Source: Alphaproteobacteria bacterium
GTDB taxonomy: Bacteria > Pseudomonadota > Alphaproteobacteria > JASGCL01
Reading direction: 5' to 3'
DNA length: 64,000 nucleotides
NCBI GenBank assembly: GCA_965262605.1
Contig: CBDHFN010000003.1
Coordinates: 1,312,930 to 1,376,929, forward strand
Under the pieces are notes generated by a model that was given only the letters and a program-made list of their open reading frames with translations, had not been told where the DNA came from and made no database searches. Both the position numbers and the translations under genes were made by a program. This document shows positions 31,428 through 42,184 of this stretch, one piece after another. Every line of letters begins with the position of its first letter. Within the stretch, counting starts at the first letter, position 1.

Positions 31428-33204
31428 GATAAAACCTTTGTTAATCGCAATTTTAAGCCTTTCGCTCTTGGGGGCGTGCGCCGATGAGAAAGTCACTAAA
31501 ACTGCAAGCACTAATAAAGCGGATTTTGCAACAGCAATCAAGGATAAAATGCCAATTCCGCAATATAATGATGAAACTATCGCTAAAGCTGAGGCTTTTG
31601 CGCTTGCGCCAGACCAAGATTTTCAAGTTAATTTACCACAAAAAATTGATACGAATAAAATTTTACAAAAATACCCGAACCGATTTGATAATCAAGGCAA
31701 AATTAGCGATGCGTTTAATGAAAATGATCAATATATCCCCAATAAACAACAGCAACAATCACTAGAAGCCACACGCAACCGCTTAATTGCCAGTCTTGCC
31801 AATCAAAAAGATAAAAATACAGCAAATTTGCTGACACAACAATTGCAATCAGGTGCGGTTTTGGGGCAAAATATCGCCATAAAAAATGATTTGCGTGAAG
31901 AATATGAAATTGCCAATCCCAACGAAGGATTGAAAAGCCCATTTGATGTGATTAAAAAAGATCCCAATCAAATTTATTCCCCAACGGATAGTTTAAATCG
32001 CCCAGATACCAGCGATCCATATGCGTTTGGCAATAATGCTAAGGCTTTGGGGGCAAGTATTTTGCTTGGCGGCAATATCGGGGCAATTAATAAAAACAGC
32101 GTGCCTTTGTTGAATCAAACGCCAAAAACTGAAACAAGCGCATTAAAATATAACCCCAACCCCATTGCATTATTAGTTCCCTTGACGGGTCCAAGATCAT
32201 CTTTGGGCAAGGATTTTCAAGATTCGGCGTTATTGGCTTTACAGCAATTTGCGCAAAATTCGGGGCAAAAAAATATCAGTAAAATTATCCCCATTGATAC
32301 AAAAGGCACGGAGGCTGGTGCCATGGAGGCAATGAAATTTGCGCTTGATAATAACGCCAAAATTATAATCGGACCATTATTTGCCAACGAAGCGCGCGCG
32401 GTTGCGCCCATGGTGCAAAATAAGCCTGTAATGGTTATTTCATTTAGTAATTCAACTTTTGTTGCCCAGCCGAATATTTTTCCAATTGGATATTATCCCG
32501 AAGCGCAAATTGAGACAATTATGAATAAATTAGTGGCGCAAAATGCGCAAAAATTGGCTTTAATGGCACCAGATAACGAATATGGGCGATTAATCGCACA
32601 ATTAGCGCAAAAATACGCCAATGAAAAGCAAATTAAATTCTTAAAACCCCTGATGTATGATGAAAATGCCACAGAATTTGGGCAATTAATCGCGCAATAT
32701 ACCAAATATTATGAACGAAAAGCAAAATCTATTGGCGGGCAAAGAGCTTATCGCCCCGATTATGATGCGATGATTATTGCCGAAAACAACATTCCAAAAG
32801 CCCAGAACATTATTAACCAATTGCAAGTTTTAGATGCGGCGAAACCATTTGCGCAAATATATGGCTTGCAAGTTTTAGATGATTTTCAAAAAATCGCGCA
32901 AGAACCCGCGGCAAAAGGTTTGCAATTAGTATCCATTAACCAAGAAACAAAAATCCAATTTGAAACATTATTTGCGCAATCTTTCAAACGCAAAGCAGAT
33001 AGACGCGCAAGCTTAGGGTTTGATGCGGCATCTTTGGCAATTTTTATTAATGGCAATGATGGCAACCCTTTAAGCTTTATTCGCAAAAATACCAGCGGTT
33101 TTGTTGGTGTTGATGGCAGAATGCAATTTAATCCCAATGGTATTGTTAGCCGTGAGTATAATTTATATGAATTAACTGGTGATGGTGCAGTTTTAGTGCG
33201 GTGA
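31426..33204 (+). CDS. Penicillin-binding protein activator (LpoA/LppC-like) lipoprotein
   Basis: Lipobox LLGAC; C-terminal periplasmic-binding fold IALLVPLTG, IIGPLFA, LGFDA, GFVGVDG..F; conserved divergent neighbour of rsmI. Confidence 0.8.
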   Translation: MIKPLLIAILSLSLLGACADEKVTKTASTNKADFATAIKDKMPIPQYNDETIAKAEAFALAPDQDFQVNLPQKIDTNKILQKYPNRFDNQGKISDAFNENDQYIPNKQQQQSLEATRNRLIASLANQKDKNTANLLTQQLQSGAVLGQNIAIKNDLREEYEIANPNEGLKSPFDVIKKDPNQIYSPTDSLNRPDTSDPYAFGNNAKALGASILLGGNIGAINKNSVPLLNQTPKTETSALKYNPNPIALLVPLTGPRSSLGKDFQDSALLALQQFAQNSGQKNISKIIPIDTKGTEAGAMEAMKFALDNNAKIIIGPLFANEARAVAPMVQNKPVMVISFSNSTFVAQPNIFPIGYYPEAQIETIMNKLVAQNAQKLALMAPDNEYGRLIAQLAQKYANEKQIKFLKPLMYDENATEFGQLIAQYTKYYERKAKSIGGQRAYRPDYDAMIIAENNIPKAQNIINQLQVLDAAKPFAQIYGLQVLDDFQKIAQEPAAKGLQLVSINQETKIQFETLFAQSFKRKADRRASLGFDAASLAIFINGNDGNPLSFIRKNTSGFVGVDGRMQFNPNGIVSREYNLYELTGDGAVLVR

Positions 33205-33265
33205 AACAGCTAAGAAATAAAATATTTCGTTTAAATATATTCACGAATCAGAATATAAATAAAAA

Positions 33266-34690
33266 TTACCAAGGCAATGAATAGGTTTTGATGTTGGTGA
33301 AGCTTTTCATTGCTTCTAACACGCCTTCTTTATAACCAAGTCCCGAATCTTTAATGCCCCCAAATGGTGTCATTTCCAATCGGTAACCGGGCACTTCGCG
33401 GACATTAAGCGAACCGACATGCAATTCCTTGACTAATTTTGTGATAATATCCAAGCGATTCGTGCAAACTGCCGAAGATAAACCATATGCCGTGCCATTG
33501 ACGATTTTAATCGCGTCATCAATAGTTTCAAAACGAATCACGGGCGATACGGGTCCAAAAGTTTCTTGGGCAACAACCTGCATGTTTGGGTCAACATTAT
33601 CAATTAAAGTCGGCGAATAAAGCGCGCCTTTGCGGATATTACCATATAATAATTTCGCGCCGCCTTTGATGGCATCATTCACCACTGATTCAAAATATTG
33701 GGCGGCGGGTTCATCAATCACCGTGCCCATATCCATGGATTCATCAAACGGATCGCCATATTTTACGGCTTTAGTTTTTTCGTATAACAGCTCAACAAAT
33801 TTTTTGGCAACTGAATTTTGCACTAAGATTCGTTTCACCGCCGTGCATCTTTGTCCAGAGTTTTTATAAGACCCCCCCGCAGCCAGCGTCGCGGCTTCTT
33901 CTAAATCCGCATCGTCCATAATAATAATTGGATCATTGCCACCTAATTCAAGCACTTGGCGTTTATAAACAGCTTTTTGGGCGATATATTTACCAATCGG
34001 CACCCCGCCAGTGAATGTAATTAAATCCATGTCTTGATTCGTTAGCATTTCATCGGCAATTTCGCGGGGATCCCCCGTGATAATATGCAACATTTCTGGT
34101 GGCAATCCCGCTTCGTAAAATATATCGGCAATAATAAAAGCCGATAAAGGTGTTTTTTCCGAAGGTTTTAACACCATGCGGTTATTCGTGGCGATTGACG
34201 GCGCGATTTTATGAATAACTTGATTTAATGGGTGATTAAACGGCGTAATTGCGCTGATGGCTCCCAATAATGGATCGCGCGAAGTATAAACTTTACGCGA
34301 TTTACCATGATGAGTTAAATCGCACGAATAAACTTGCCCATCGTCTTGCAAGGCTAAATTCGCGGCAAATAACATAACATCGGACGCGCGACCAACTTCA
34401 TAGAGCGAGTCTTTCATGCAAAGCCCTGATTCTAAGGTAATAACCTTAGCCATGGCTAATTTACGCGAAGCGACAATTTCGCCCGCTTTCATTAAAATTT
34501 TATATCGGTCATAACGGGTTAAATTTGATTTATAAGCTTTTGCAACGCGAAACGCATGTTGCACATCGCCAAGAGTTGCCTTGGGCACAGATGCCACTAA
34601 TTTATTATCAAAAGGATGATAAATATTAATCCGTTCTTTGCGGTCAATTTTTTCGCCATTAATGCGTAAATATTCGTAAATAAAATCCAT
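33266..34690 (-). CDS. phnY: Phosphonoacetaldehyde dehydrogenase
   Basis: ALDH motifs ITPFNHPLN, LELGGNDP, NSGQRCTAVKR and ETFGPV, with PhnY-type EVPGYRLEMTPFGGIKDSGLGYKEG; downstream of phnA. Confidence 0.93.
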   Translation of the reverse strand: MDFIYEYLRINGEKIDRKERINIYHPFDNKLVASVPKATLGDVQHAFRVAKAYKSNLTRYDRYKILMKAGEIVASRKLAMAKVITLESGLCMKDSLYEVGRASDVMLFAANLALQDDGQVYSCDLTHHGKSRKVYTSRDPLLGAISAITPFNHPLNQVIHKIAPSIATNNRMVLKPSEKTPLSAFIIADIFYEAGLPPEMLHIITGDPREIADEMLTNQDMDLITFTGGVPIGKYIAQKAVYKRQVLELGGNDPIIIMDDADLEEAATLAAGGSYKNSGQRCTAVKRILVQNSVAKKFVELLYEKTKAVKYGDPFDESMDMGTVIDEPAAQYFESVVNDAIKGGAKLLYGNIRKGALYSPTLIDNVDPNMQVVAQETFGPVSPVIRFETIDDAIKIVNGTAYGLSSAVCTNRLDIITKLVKELHVGSLNVREVPGYRLEMTPFGGIKDSGLGYKEGVLEAMKSFTNIKTYSLPW

Positions 34691-34706
34691 TTTTTTCTCC
34701 TTAAAA

Positions 34707-35930
34707 TTATTGGCAATTTAAACCCAAATGAAACGCATCAAAATTGCGCCATCTGTGCGATTTATCGGGTGATTTAATAACGCGATTGGTTAAAATCGGC
34801 ACTTGTTGTTCGGATAATCCGCCATGGGAACGCAAAGGCACTTCTAAGGCTTTTAAGTCATGGCGGGCGACCGAAGTGCCAATCACGGCGTCTTGGCGCG
34901 AAACAACAATAATATCGCCAATTCTATCGCCGTCAAGTTCAAATTTTTGCACGGCTTGGGTTTTGCTGTAAACATGGCTGACAAAGGCGTGCTGCCCGAT
35001 GTAATCTTTAATTTTTTTCGCGCTAATTTTACTTTCAAGATAAATAGTGCCGTAAGACCCCAGCGCCCCATGATGCACAACATATGGATCGGTAATCGGC
35101 AAAATCACCCTTGTTGCGCCTTTGCCAAATTTATCGTCCAATAAATCTTGCAAATATAATATATTAGGTTTGCCTTCGCCATTATGCTTGGCGTGCATAC
35201 CATGGTCGGCGGTAATGACTAAATTTGCGCCCATTTTATCAAGTTCTGCCAAATGCCCGTCCATCATTTGATAAAAATCATTGGCTTGTTTCGTGCCGGG
35301 TGCGGCTTTATGTTGAATATAATCGGTGGTTGATAAATACATTATATCCGGGCGGTGTTTCGCAAAAATCTTTACGCCAGCTTCAAAAACAAATTCGGAT
35401 AAATCCGCGCTATATACTGATGGCAAAGGCTTACCAACTAAGGTAAGTAAATTATCAATGCCATTTTCCGCCACCGATGCCACATCGGCTTTTTCAGATG
35501 AAAAGCAAATGCCTTTCATTTTATGCCCCAATAATTTACGCAATTTATCCTTGGCGGTAATAACCGCTAATTTTAAACCCTCATCAGCAAATTTGGCTAA
35601 AATAGTAGGAGCTTTAAGATATTTAGGGTCATTCATCATTACTTCTGCGCCTAATTCTTTGTCATAAAAGAAATTGCCACAAATGCCATGAATTTTGGGT
35701 GGCACGCCCGTTACTATTGACAGGTTATTCGGATTTGTAAAGCTTGGCACAACGCATTCACCTACGAAATAGGTGCCTTTGCCCTGCATCAGACTTTTTA
35801 AATATGGCGCAACGCCCGCGTCAATTGCGGCGTGTATATATTCTTGCTGTGAGCCATCAACGCAGACGACAACTAATGGGTTTTTGGGAAAATTATATTC
35901 GCGTCCATTGACTTTAATTGATTTTGTCAT
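34707..35930 (-). CDS. phnA: Phosphonoacetate hydrolase
   Basis: VCVDG, PSFTNPNNLSIVTG, YLSTTDYIQHK, TADHGM, PITDPYVVHHGALGS and RSHGG motifs. Confidence 0.95.
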   Translation of the reverse strand: MTKSIKVNGREYNFPKNPLVVVCVDGSQQEYIHAAIDAGVAPYLKSLMQGKGTYFVGECVVPSFTNPNNLSIVTGVPPKIHGICGNFFYDKELGAEVMMNDPKYLKAPTILAKFADEGLKLAVITAKDKLRKLLGHKMKGICFSSEKADVASVAENGIDNLLTLVGKPLPSVYSADLSEFVFEAGVKIFAKHRPDIMYLSTTDYIQHKAAPGTKQANDFYQMMDGHLAELDKMGANLVITADHGMHAKHNGEGKPNILYLQDLLDDKFGKGATRVILPITDPYVVHHGALGSYGTIYLESKISAKKIKDYIGQHAFVSHVYSKTQAVQKFELDGDRIGDIIVVSRQDAVIGTSVARHDLKALEVPLRSHGGLSEQQVPILTNRVIKSPDKSHRWRNFDAFHLGLNCQ

Positions 35931-36033
35931 GATTTATTCCTTATATATTTAATTAATTAAATGTTATAATGTAATTCTTTGCATGTCAACATTATCAATC
36001 AGCCAGTTATCAATTAAATATAATGCCAATTAA

Positions 36034-36630
36034 TCACCAACCTTCAACGCCTTGCATATCGGGCAAGTGATGGGCGATACCTTTATGGCAATCAATGCAC
36101 GATTTTTGTCCCGTAATTAAAAATTCGCTGTGGGCAGCAACCGCACGGGCAGATTGTTTGGTAAAATCCATAGATTCGGCGGAATGGCAATTGCGGCATT
36201 CCAGTGAATTATTCGCTTTTAATCGCGCCCATTCATGTTCGGCAAGCTCGCGTTTCATGTTTTGGAATTTTTCTTTAGTGTTTACCGAACCAAAAACATG
36301 CCCCCAAACTTCTTTGGAAGCTTGCATTTTTCGGGCAATTTTATCGGTCCATTTATGCGGCACATGGCAATCGGGGCAAGTGGCGCGCACACCAGAACGA
36401 TTGGAATAATGGATAGTTTCTTTTAAGTCTTGAAAAGGATTATCGTTCATTTCATGGCAAGAAGTGCAGAATTTTTCAGTATTTGTCAATTCCAAAGCCG
36501 TATTAAAACCACCCCAAAATATAATGCCCGCGATAAATCCCCCCATGGTAAGCACCCCAAAACTTAGAAATTTTGCAGGTTTGTTAAAACTATGCCAAAA
36601 ATCTTTAATATATGCCCAAGTTTTTTTCAT
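36034..36630 (-). CDS. napC: NapC/NirT tetraheme cytochrome c
   Basis: TM anchor plus four CxxCH motifs (CTSCH, CPDCH, CRNCH, CIDCH). Confidence 0.96.
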   Translation of the reverse strand: MKKTWAYIKDFWHSFNKPAKFLSFGVLTMGGFIAGIIFWGGFNTALELTNTEKFCTSCHEMNDNPFQDLKETIHYSNRSGVRATCPDCHVPHKWTDKIARKMQASKEVWGHVFGSVNTKEKFQNMKRELAEHEWARLKANNSLECRNCHSAESMDFTKQSARAVAAHSEFLITGQKSCIDCHKGIAHHLPDMQGVEGW

Positions 36631-36645
36631 GAATGCCCTTTTTGA

Positions 36646-37110
36646 TTATGGTGTTTTTTTGGTTTTATTTTTTTTGTAAAACGAATCAATATCTTGAAAT
36701 TTATTTTCAATTAATGGTTTGCCCGATTGTTGTGGCACATGGCATTGAATGCAATAATATCGCCTTGGGGTAATATCCGCTAAAAACTGCCCTTCGCGGT
36801 CAATAAAATGGGTAATGCTTATCATGGGGGCTTTGCTTTGTTCAACGCTGTTGCGGGCATGGCAAGTCATACATTTATTTGCTTGTTTATCCACTTGATA
36901 ACCATCAATGCTGTGGGGAATTGTGGGTGGTTGTTCGGGGTAATTTCTTGCCCGTTTAACATCGTTATTTTCATAATTTGCTAAGGGTGGTGCTGGTTGG
37001 GTATTAATAAAACTTGGTTCGCCTTTAAGAATTGGAAAACCATCAGCATGAGCTTGGCGTATATCGCCAAAACACCCAATAATCATTAAAAATATAAATA
37101 ATCTTTGCAT
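36646..37110 (-). CDS. napB: Periplasmic nitrate reductase diheme subunit
   Basis: RNYPEQPPTIPH, CMTCH and PRRYYCIQCHVPQ motifs. Confidence 0.96.
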   Translation of the reverse strand: MQRLFIFLMIIGCFGDIRQAHADGFPILKGEPSFINTQPAPPLANYENNDVKRARNYPEQPPTIPHSIDGYQVDKQANKCMTCHARNSVEQSKAPMISITHFIDREGQFLADITPRRYYCIQCHVPQQSGKPLIENKFQDIDSFYKKNKTKKTP

Positions 37111-37123
37111 GATACGCCCTTTG

Positions 37124-39646
37124 TTAAATAAATTTTGAAATTTTAACAGCGCATTTTTTAAAATCCGTCTGTTTGGAAATTGGGTCGGTCGCGTCCAAAG
37201 TTAATTTATTAATTAGCTGGCTTGAATCAAACCAAGGCACGAAAACTAAACCTTGTGGCGGTTTATTACGCCCCTTAGTTTCCACGCGGGTGCGAATAAA
37301 ACCACGGCGCGATTCTAATTTAATTTCATCGCCACGGCGCAACCCTAATCGCTTGGCATCATCTGGGTGCATAAAACAAACCGCGTTGGGAAAAGCTTTA
37401 TATAATTCAGGCACGCGTCTTGTCATGCTACCACTATGCCAATGTTCTAAAACTCGCCCTGTGGATAACCAAAATGGATATTCAATATCAGGCGATTCGG
37501 CGGCTGGTTCAAATGGCAGCGCATAAATTACTGCCTTGCCATCGGCTTTGCCATAAAATCTAATGCCTTCGCCTTTTGGAACATATGAATCATATTTTTC
37601 ATTATATCGCCAAGTTGTTTCTTGCCCGTTAACGACTGGCCATCTTAAACCGCGGTTTTGGTGATAATTATCAAAATTATCTAAATCATGTCCATGGTCG
37701 CGTCCAAAACTTGCATATTCTTCAAATAAACCTTTTTGCACATAAAAACCAAAATGCTTAGATTCATGATTTTCAAAGCCTGATTCAATTTCTTTGGTGG
37801 GGAATTTATCAACTTGCCCATTTTTATATAAAATTTCATACAGAGTTTTACCTTTATATTCGGGGTTTTTGGCTAAAATATCCTTATCCCAAACTTCATC
37901 AGTTTTAAATCGTTTGGATAATTCCATAATTTGCCATAAATCTGACTTTGCTTCGCCGGGTGCGGGCACTAATTGATGCCAAAATTGCGTACGCCTTTCG
38001 GCGTTACCATAAGCACCCTCTTTTTCAACCCACATGGCAGCGGGTAAAACACAATCAGCGGCTTCACAAGTCGCCGTTGGGTAAGCATCAGATACAATGA
38101 TGAAATTATCAGGGTGGCGATAGCCGGGCAACATATCAGTTAAAATATTTGGACCTGCCTGCATGTTGTTATTAACCTGCACCCAAAGCACATTTAATTT
38201 GCCGTCTTTAAGCATGCGGTTTTGTAAAACGGCGTGAAATCCGGGCTTGTCAGGAATTGTGCCCGCCGGCAATTTCCAAATTTTTTCTGCTTTGGCGCGA
38301 TGTTCGGGGTTTGCCACGACTAAATCAGCGGGTAATCGGTGCGTGAATGTGCCAACTTCACGCGCTGTGCCACAAGCCGATGGTTGCCCAGTAAGCGAAA
38401 ATGGCGAATTGCCCGGTTCAGAAATTTTACCCATTAATAAATGAATATTATAAATCATGTTATTTGCCCAAACACCGCGGGTATGTTGATTAAATCCCAT
38501 CGTCCAAAATGACATAGTTTTAATTTTAGGGTCGGCGTATATTTCCGCCAATTGCTTTAGTTTCGTAACGGACACGCCAGAAATTTTTGCTGTATATTCT
38601 TCGGTATAAATACTGACAAATTTTGCAAATTCTTCAAAATTAATCGGCGAAGAAGCCCCGGGGTCGCCCGCATTTTTGGCTTTTTGTTCCAAAGAATTTT
38701 CAGGGCGCAAGCCATAACCAATATCATCAACACCTTTGACAAAATTGCAATGTTTTTCAATAAATTCTTTGTTATATTTATTATTTTTAATGATATAATT
38801 TGCGATATAATTTAATATGGCTAAATCTGATTGGGGTTTAAAAATAATTTGCTGGTCGGCTAAATCAAAACTGCGATGTTCAAATGTTGATAAAACGGCG
38901 ACTTTAACTGATTTTGGATTGCTTAATCGTCGGTCGGATACGCGCGTCCATAAAACTGGGTGCATTTCCGCCATATTTGAACCCCAAAGCACGAACGCAT
39001 CGGCATGTTCAATATCATCATAACAACCCATGGGTTCATCAGAGCCAAATGTTCGGATAAATCCAACCGCCGCCGAAGCCATGCAGTGCCGCGCATTTGG
39101 GTCAATATTATTGGTGCGAAAGCCTGCTTTGAATAATTTCAATGCGGCATAACCCTCCCAAATAGTCCATTGTCCAGAACCCAACATGCCAACTGAGCTT
39201 GGTCCCTTTGCTTTAAGCGCAGATTTAATTTTATCCGCTATAACATCAAAAGCTTTGTCCCAAGAAACCGCTTGAAAATCGCCATTTTTCGCGTATTTGC
39301 CATCTTTCATGCGCAATAACGGCTGGGTAAGCCTGTCCGCGCCATACATAATTTTGGACAAAAAATACCCCTTGACGCAATTTAAGCCACGATTTACAGG
39401 CGATTTAATATCGCCATGGGTGGCTACAACTTTATTTTCCTTGGTGGCGACCATTACCGAACAACCCGTGCCACAAAATCGGCAAGGTGCTTTGTTCCAT
39501 TCAAGTTGCGAATCGTTGCGTTCGGTAATAACATTGCTTGCTTGTGCCGACAATGCCATGCCCGCTGTGATTGTTGCCACGCCAGCAGCGTGTAGTTTAA
39601 TCATTTCACGGCGACTTAATAGTGAATTTTTTTCGTTATTAGCCAT
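37124..39646 (-). CDS. napA: Periplasmic nitrate reductase catalytic subunit
   Basis: Tat [43 protein letters not shown] and [11 protein letters not shown] motifs. Confidence 0.98.
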   Translation of the reverse strand: MANNEKNSLLSRREMIKLHAAGVATITAGMALSAQASNVITERNDSQLEWNKAPCRFCGTGCSVMVATKENKVVATHGDIKSPVNRGLNCVKGYFLSKIMYGADRLTQPLLRMKDGKYAKNGDFQAVSWDKAFDVIADKIKSALKAKGPSSVGMLGSGQWTIWEGYAALKLFKAGFRTNNIDPNARHCMASAAVGFIRTFGSDEPMGCYDDIEHADAFVLWGSNMAEMHPVLWTRVSDRRLSNPKSVKVAVLSTFEHRSFDLADQQIIFKPQSDLAILNYIANYIIKNNKYNKEFIEKHCNFVKGVDDIGYGLRPENSLEQKAKNAGDPGASSPINFEEFAKFVSIYTEEYTAKISGVSVTKLKQLAEIYADPKIKTMSFWTMGFNQHTRGVWANNMIYNIHLLMGKISEPGNSPFSLTGQPSACGTAREVGTFTHRLPADLVVANPEHRAKAEKIWKLPAGTIPDKPGFHAVLQNRMLKDGKLNVLWVQVNNNMQAGPNILTDMLPGYRHPDNFIIVSDAYPTATCEAADCVLPAAMWVEKEGAYGNAERRTQFWHQLVPAPGEAKSDLWQIMELSKRFKTDEVWDKDILAKNPEYKGKTLYEILYKNGQVDKFPTKEIESGFENHESKHFGFYVQKGLFEEYASFGRDHGHDLDNFDNYHQNRGLRWPVVNGQETTWRYNEKYDSYVPKGEGIRFYGKADGKAVIYALPFEPAAESPDIEYPFWLSTGRVLEHWHSGSMTRRVPELYKAFPNAVCFMHPDDAKRLGLRRGDEIKLESRRGFIRTRVETKGRNKPPQGLVFVPWFDSSQLINKLTLDATDPISKQTDFKKCAVKISKFI

Positions 39647-39665
39647 TATTTTCTCCTAATTATTC

Positions 39666-39944
39666 TTAATCAATGATTGTTTCATGGTAAATCATATTGA
39701 CATTATATACGCCTTGCAAGTCGTTGATTTTACATTGAATATCGCTTAATTCATGGGTTGTTTTTGTTTCAATCACCACGATAATTTTACCTAATTTATC
39801 GCTATTATGCACTTCACAAAATGGTGTATTGGCAATTTTTGTGCTTAATTCTTCTAAAAATTCAGGCTTGCATTGCACAATCACGCTGGCAATATGGTAA
39901 GCTATTGGCGCGTTTATGATTTTATCCATCTGGCTTTTATCCAT
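39666..39944 (-). CDS. napD: NapA chaperone
   Basis: HIASVIVQ, EVH..D..GKIIVVIE, GV..V.MIYH; directly upstream of napA. Confidence 0.9.
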   Translation of the reverse strand: MDKSQMDKIINAPIAYHIASVIVQCKPEFLEELSTKIANTPFCEVHNSDKLGKIIVVIETKTTHELSDIQCKINDLQGVYNVNMIYHETIID

Positions 39945-40095
39945 GCGGCAAACCGATTAACATTTGAGTAATCCAAATTGAAAACCCTAAACCCGCGACT
40001 AAAATAATTGTCAGTATGGGAGCTAAAAAAATTGTTAAAAACAGAAAATTCTTGATTTCTTGTTTTTTAATATTGGTTGAAATTTCATTATCCAT
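39937..40095 (-). CDS. napE: NapE small membrane protein (52 aa; absent from the ORF track)
   Basis: Manual translation MDNEISTNIKKQEIKNFLFLTIFLAPILTIILVAGLGFSIWITQMLIGLPHG matches the NapE pattern; overlaps the napD start. Confidence 0.9.
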   Translation of the reverse strand: MDNEISTNIKKQEIKNFLFLTIFLAPILTIILVAGLGFSIWITQMLIGLPHG

Positions 40096-40129
40096 AATGG
40101 ATTTATCGCTAAATTCAACAATTGATTCA

Positions 40130-40143
40130 ATGATTTAAATCAA
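40130..40143. promoter_or_regulatory. FNR-like box upstream of napE
   Basis: Minus strand TTGATTTAAATCAT, one mismatch from TTGAT-N4-ATCAA, 35 bp upstream of napE. Confidence 0.6.
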
Positions 40144-40187
40144 AAAAACAAAATTAATTTTAATAAATTAATGAGCGATGGCGTATT

Positions 40188-41876
40188 TCAATAATGCCAA
40201 TGTATTTCATGATTTTTTGCGCCAAAACCATCGTTAATTTGCAAGTTAATTGAGAATTCTGCTTCATCGCTAAGCGGTGTAAAAATTATATTTTGGGCAT
40301 CTTGCCAATTTAATTCCATGCCTAAATATAAATTGGAGCTTATGTTTAAGTCATGCGTGGTAATATTTTGCAAATGCACGGATACAGCATCATTATCCCC
40401 ATCAAAAACCCAAATATATTGCAATAATTTACCTTGGTTAAAAAAATTTTGAAAGTTAATGTTATGATGCGTGCCGCCATCAAACCATAATTGAGGTTCA
40501 TGATTTAACGAAATAATTTCATTATCATTACTGGGTGTATGGTGAAAATTTTCGTTGGCATGGTCTGGAATTTTATATTGTGTGGCGATGATTTGATTAT
40601 CATGAATGAAATTCACAAAACCAAAATTATCAGTAAATACGGCATCCGCAGGCGGTTTAAATTGCAATAATATGCTATCGCCTAATTGAAAATTGCTAAA
40701 AACCCTATTTTGATTGCCATCAAAATTTATCGTTAATTGGCTGGGTTGATGATTAATGCCAAAATCAAAATTATCATTTCGTGCATGGGTAATATTAGGT
40801 TGAATTTTTGGCGGCGGTGCCGTTGATTCAAATGGATAATCATGATTAATTAGTGAAAATTCATTATTGATAATTAATGAATTATTGCCGTGAATTTGCA
40901 AAAATCCTTGCGAAATTTTTATCATGCTAATAATTTGCGCATTTTGGTTGCTTATTTGGTAATTTTCGCCGATTTTTTGGCTGTTTATCTTGATTTCATC
41001 ATGAAAATACAAAATACTGCCAATCGCAATTTGCTCAAAATCCAGAATATTATCCGCCCAATCATGCCCATTTATTTGCATAATTATTGGGTCATTGGGG
41101 TTGATAATTGTTTTTAAGCCGTGGCTTGAATTATCATATAATTGCACAAGATTTGCCAAATTATTAACCGAATAAATATCATTTCTCGCATCAATATTGA
41201 TGAATTCTTGAATAACCCCTAATTGTGGGGCAGTTAATTGGCTTGAAATATATAAATTATCCGCAACTAAGCTATTTTGTGCATTTATCAGAATTTTATC
41301 CATGCCATTAATTATTGCGTTTGCATCACTGATAAGCCAACCCTTGACATATAAAAATTTCGTAATATTGGCAATAATTTGCCAATCATTAATCTGTAAT
41401 GTTAAATTATTATTCACAATGATGGCTTGATATGGTGCATTAATTTTCGGAATATCATTCAAATTAATAAAACCTTCGCCCAATATTTCCAAGTAAGAAT
41501 AAAATCTTTTTTGCAAGATATTATATTGAATATTATCTATTTGTGTCTTTATAATTTGAGTTGCTTGTGGCTGAAAATATGGGTTAATTGCCAATAAATC
41601 TAAGCTAAATGCCAAGGAATCATTAATAGTAGTTTTATTTGTTAGATTGGCTGGTTTTTGCGGTTTAATTGCGATTTCTTGCACTAAAACATCAGAAATA
41701 TAAATATTTTTTAATAACCGATAAGGCGGGATTTCTTCGCCATCGCTATGCGCATTTTGAATTTTGGGTTCTGCGTGTAAGTCTTGCGCGGTAATATAAT
41801 ATATTATGAGTATCAAAGCCAAAGCCAGCAATATTTCATGCCAAAATAATTTTATGGAATTTTTATTCTCTCTCAT
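40188..41876 (-). CDS. Hypothetical membrane-anchored/secreted Asn/Ile/Gln-rich protein
   Basis: 562-codon ORF with N-terminal hydrophobic helix; no recognised catalytic motif. Confidence 0.65.
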   Translation of the reverse strand: MRENKNSIKLFWHEILLALALILIIYYITAQDLHAEPKIQNAHSDGEEIPPYRLLKNIYISDVLVQEIAIKPQKPANLTNKTTINDSLAFSLDLLAINPYFQPQATQIIKTQIDNIQYNILQKRFYSYLEILGEGFINLNDIPKINAPYQAIIVNNNLTLQINDWQIIANITKFLYVKGWLISDANAIINGMDKILINAQNSLVADNLYISSQLTAPQLGVIQEFINIDARNDIYSVNNLANLVQLYDNSSHGLKTIINPNDPIIMQINGHDWADNILDFEQIAIGSILYFHDEIKINSQKIGENYQISNQNAQIISMIKISQGFLQIHGNNSLIINNEFSLINHDYPFESTAPPPKIQPNITHARNDNFDFGINHQPSQLTINFDGNQNRVFSNFQLGDSILLQFKPPADAVFTDNFGFVNFIHDNQIIATQYKIPDHANENFHHTPSNDNEIISLNHEPQLWFDGGTHHNINFQNFFNQGKLLQYIWVFDGDNDAVSVHLQNITTHDLNISSNLYLGMELNWQDAQNIIFTPLSDEAEFSINLQINDGFGAKNHEIHWHY

Positions 41877-42184
41877 AAAATAAATATAGGTTATTTTAGG
41901 TATAAAAACAAATTTTCATGAATTAAAATCATTAAAGGTTGAGTTGCAATTACCAATATTTTTAAAATATGTAATATAATAAATTAATGATTGTATAAAT
42001 AACATAATATTATTTATAATTTATATTTTTCACGCGAATCGGTTCAATCGGATTTCGCATAATTTTAATTTCTCTTAATATTAATTTAACAATAACTCAA
42101 AAGAAATTCAAAACCCGAATCAATCAAAAAAAGGGTTAAGCAATCAATTTGTAATATTATTTATGCTCTAAATTATAGTATAAT

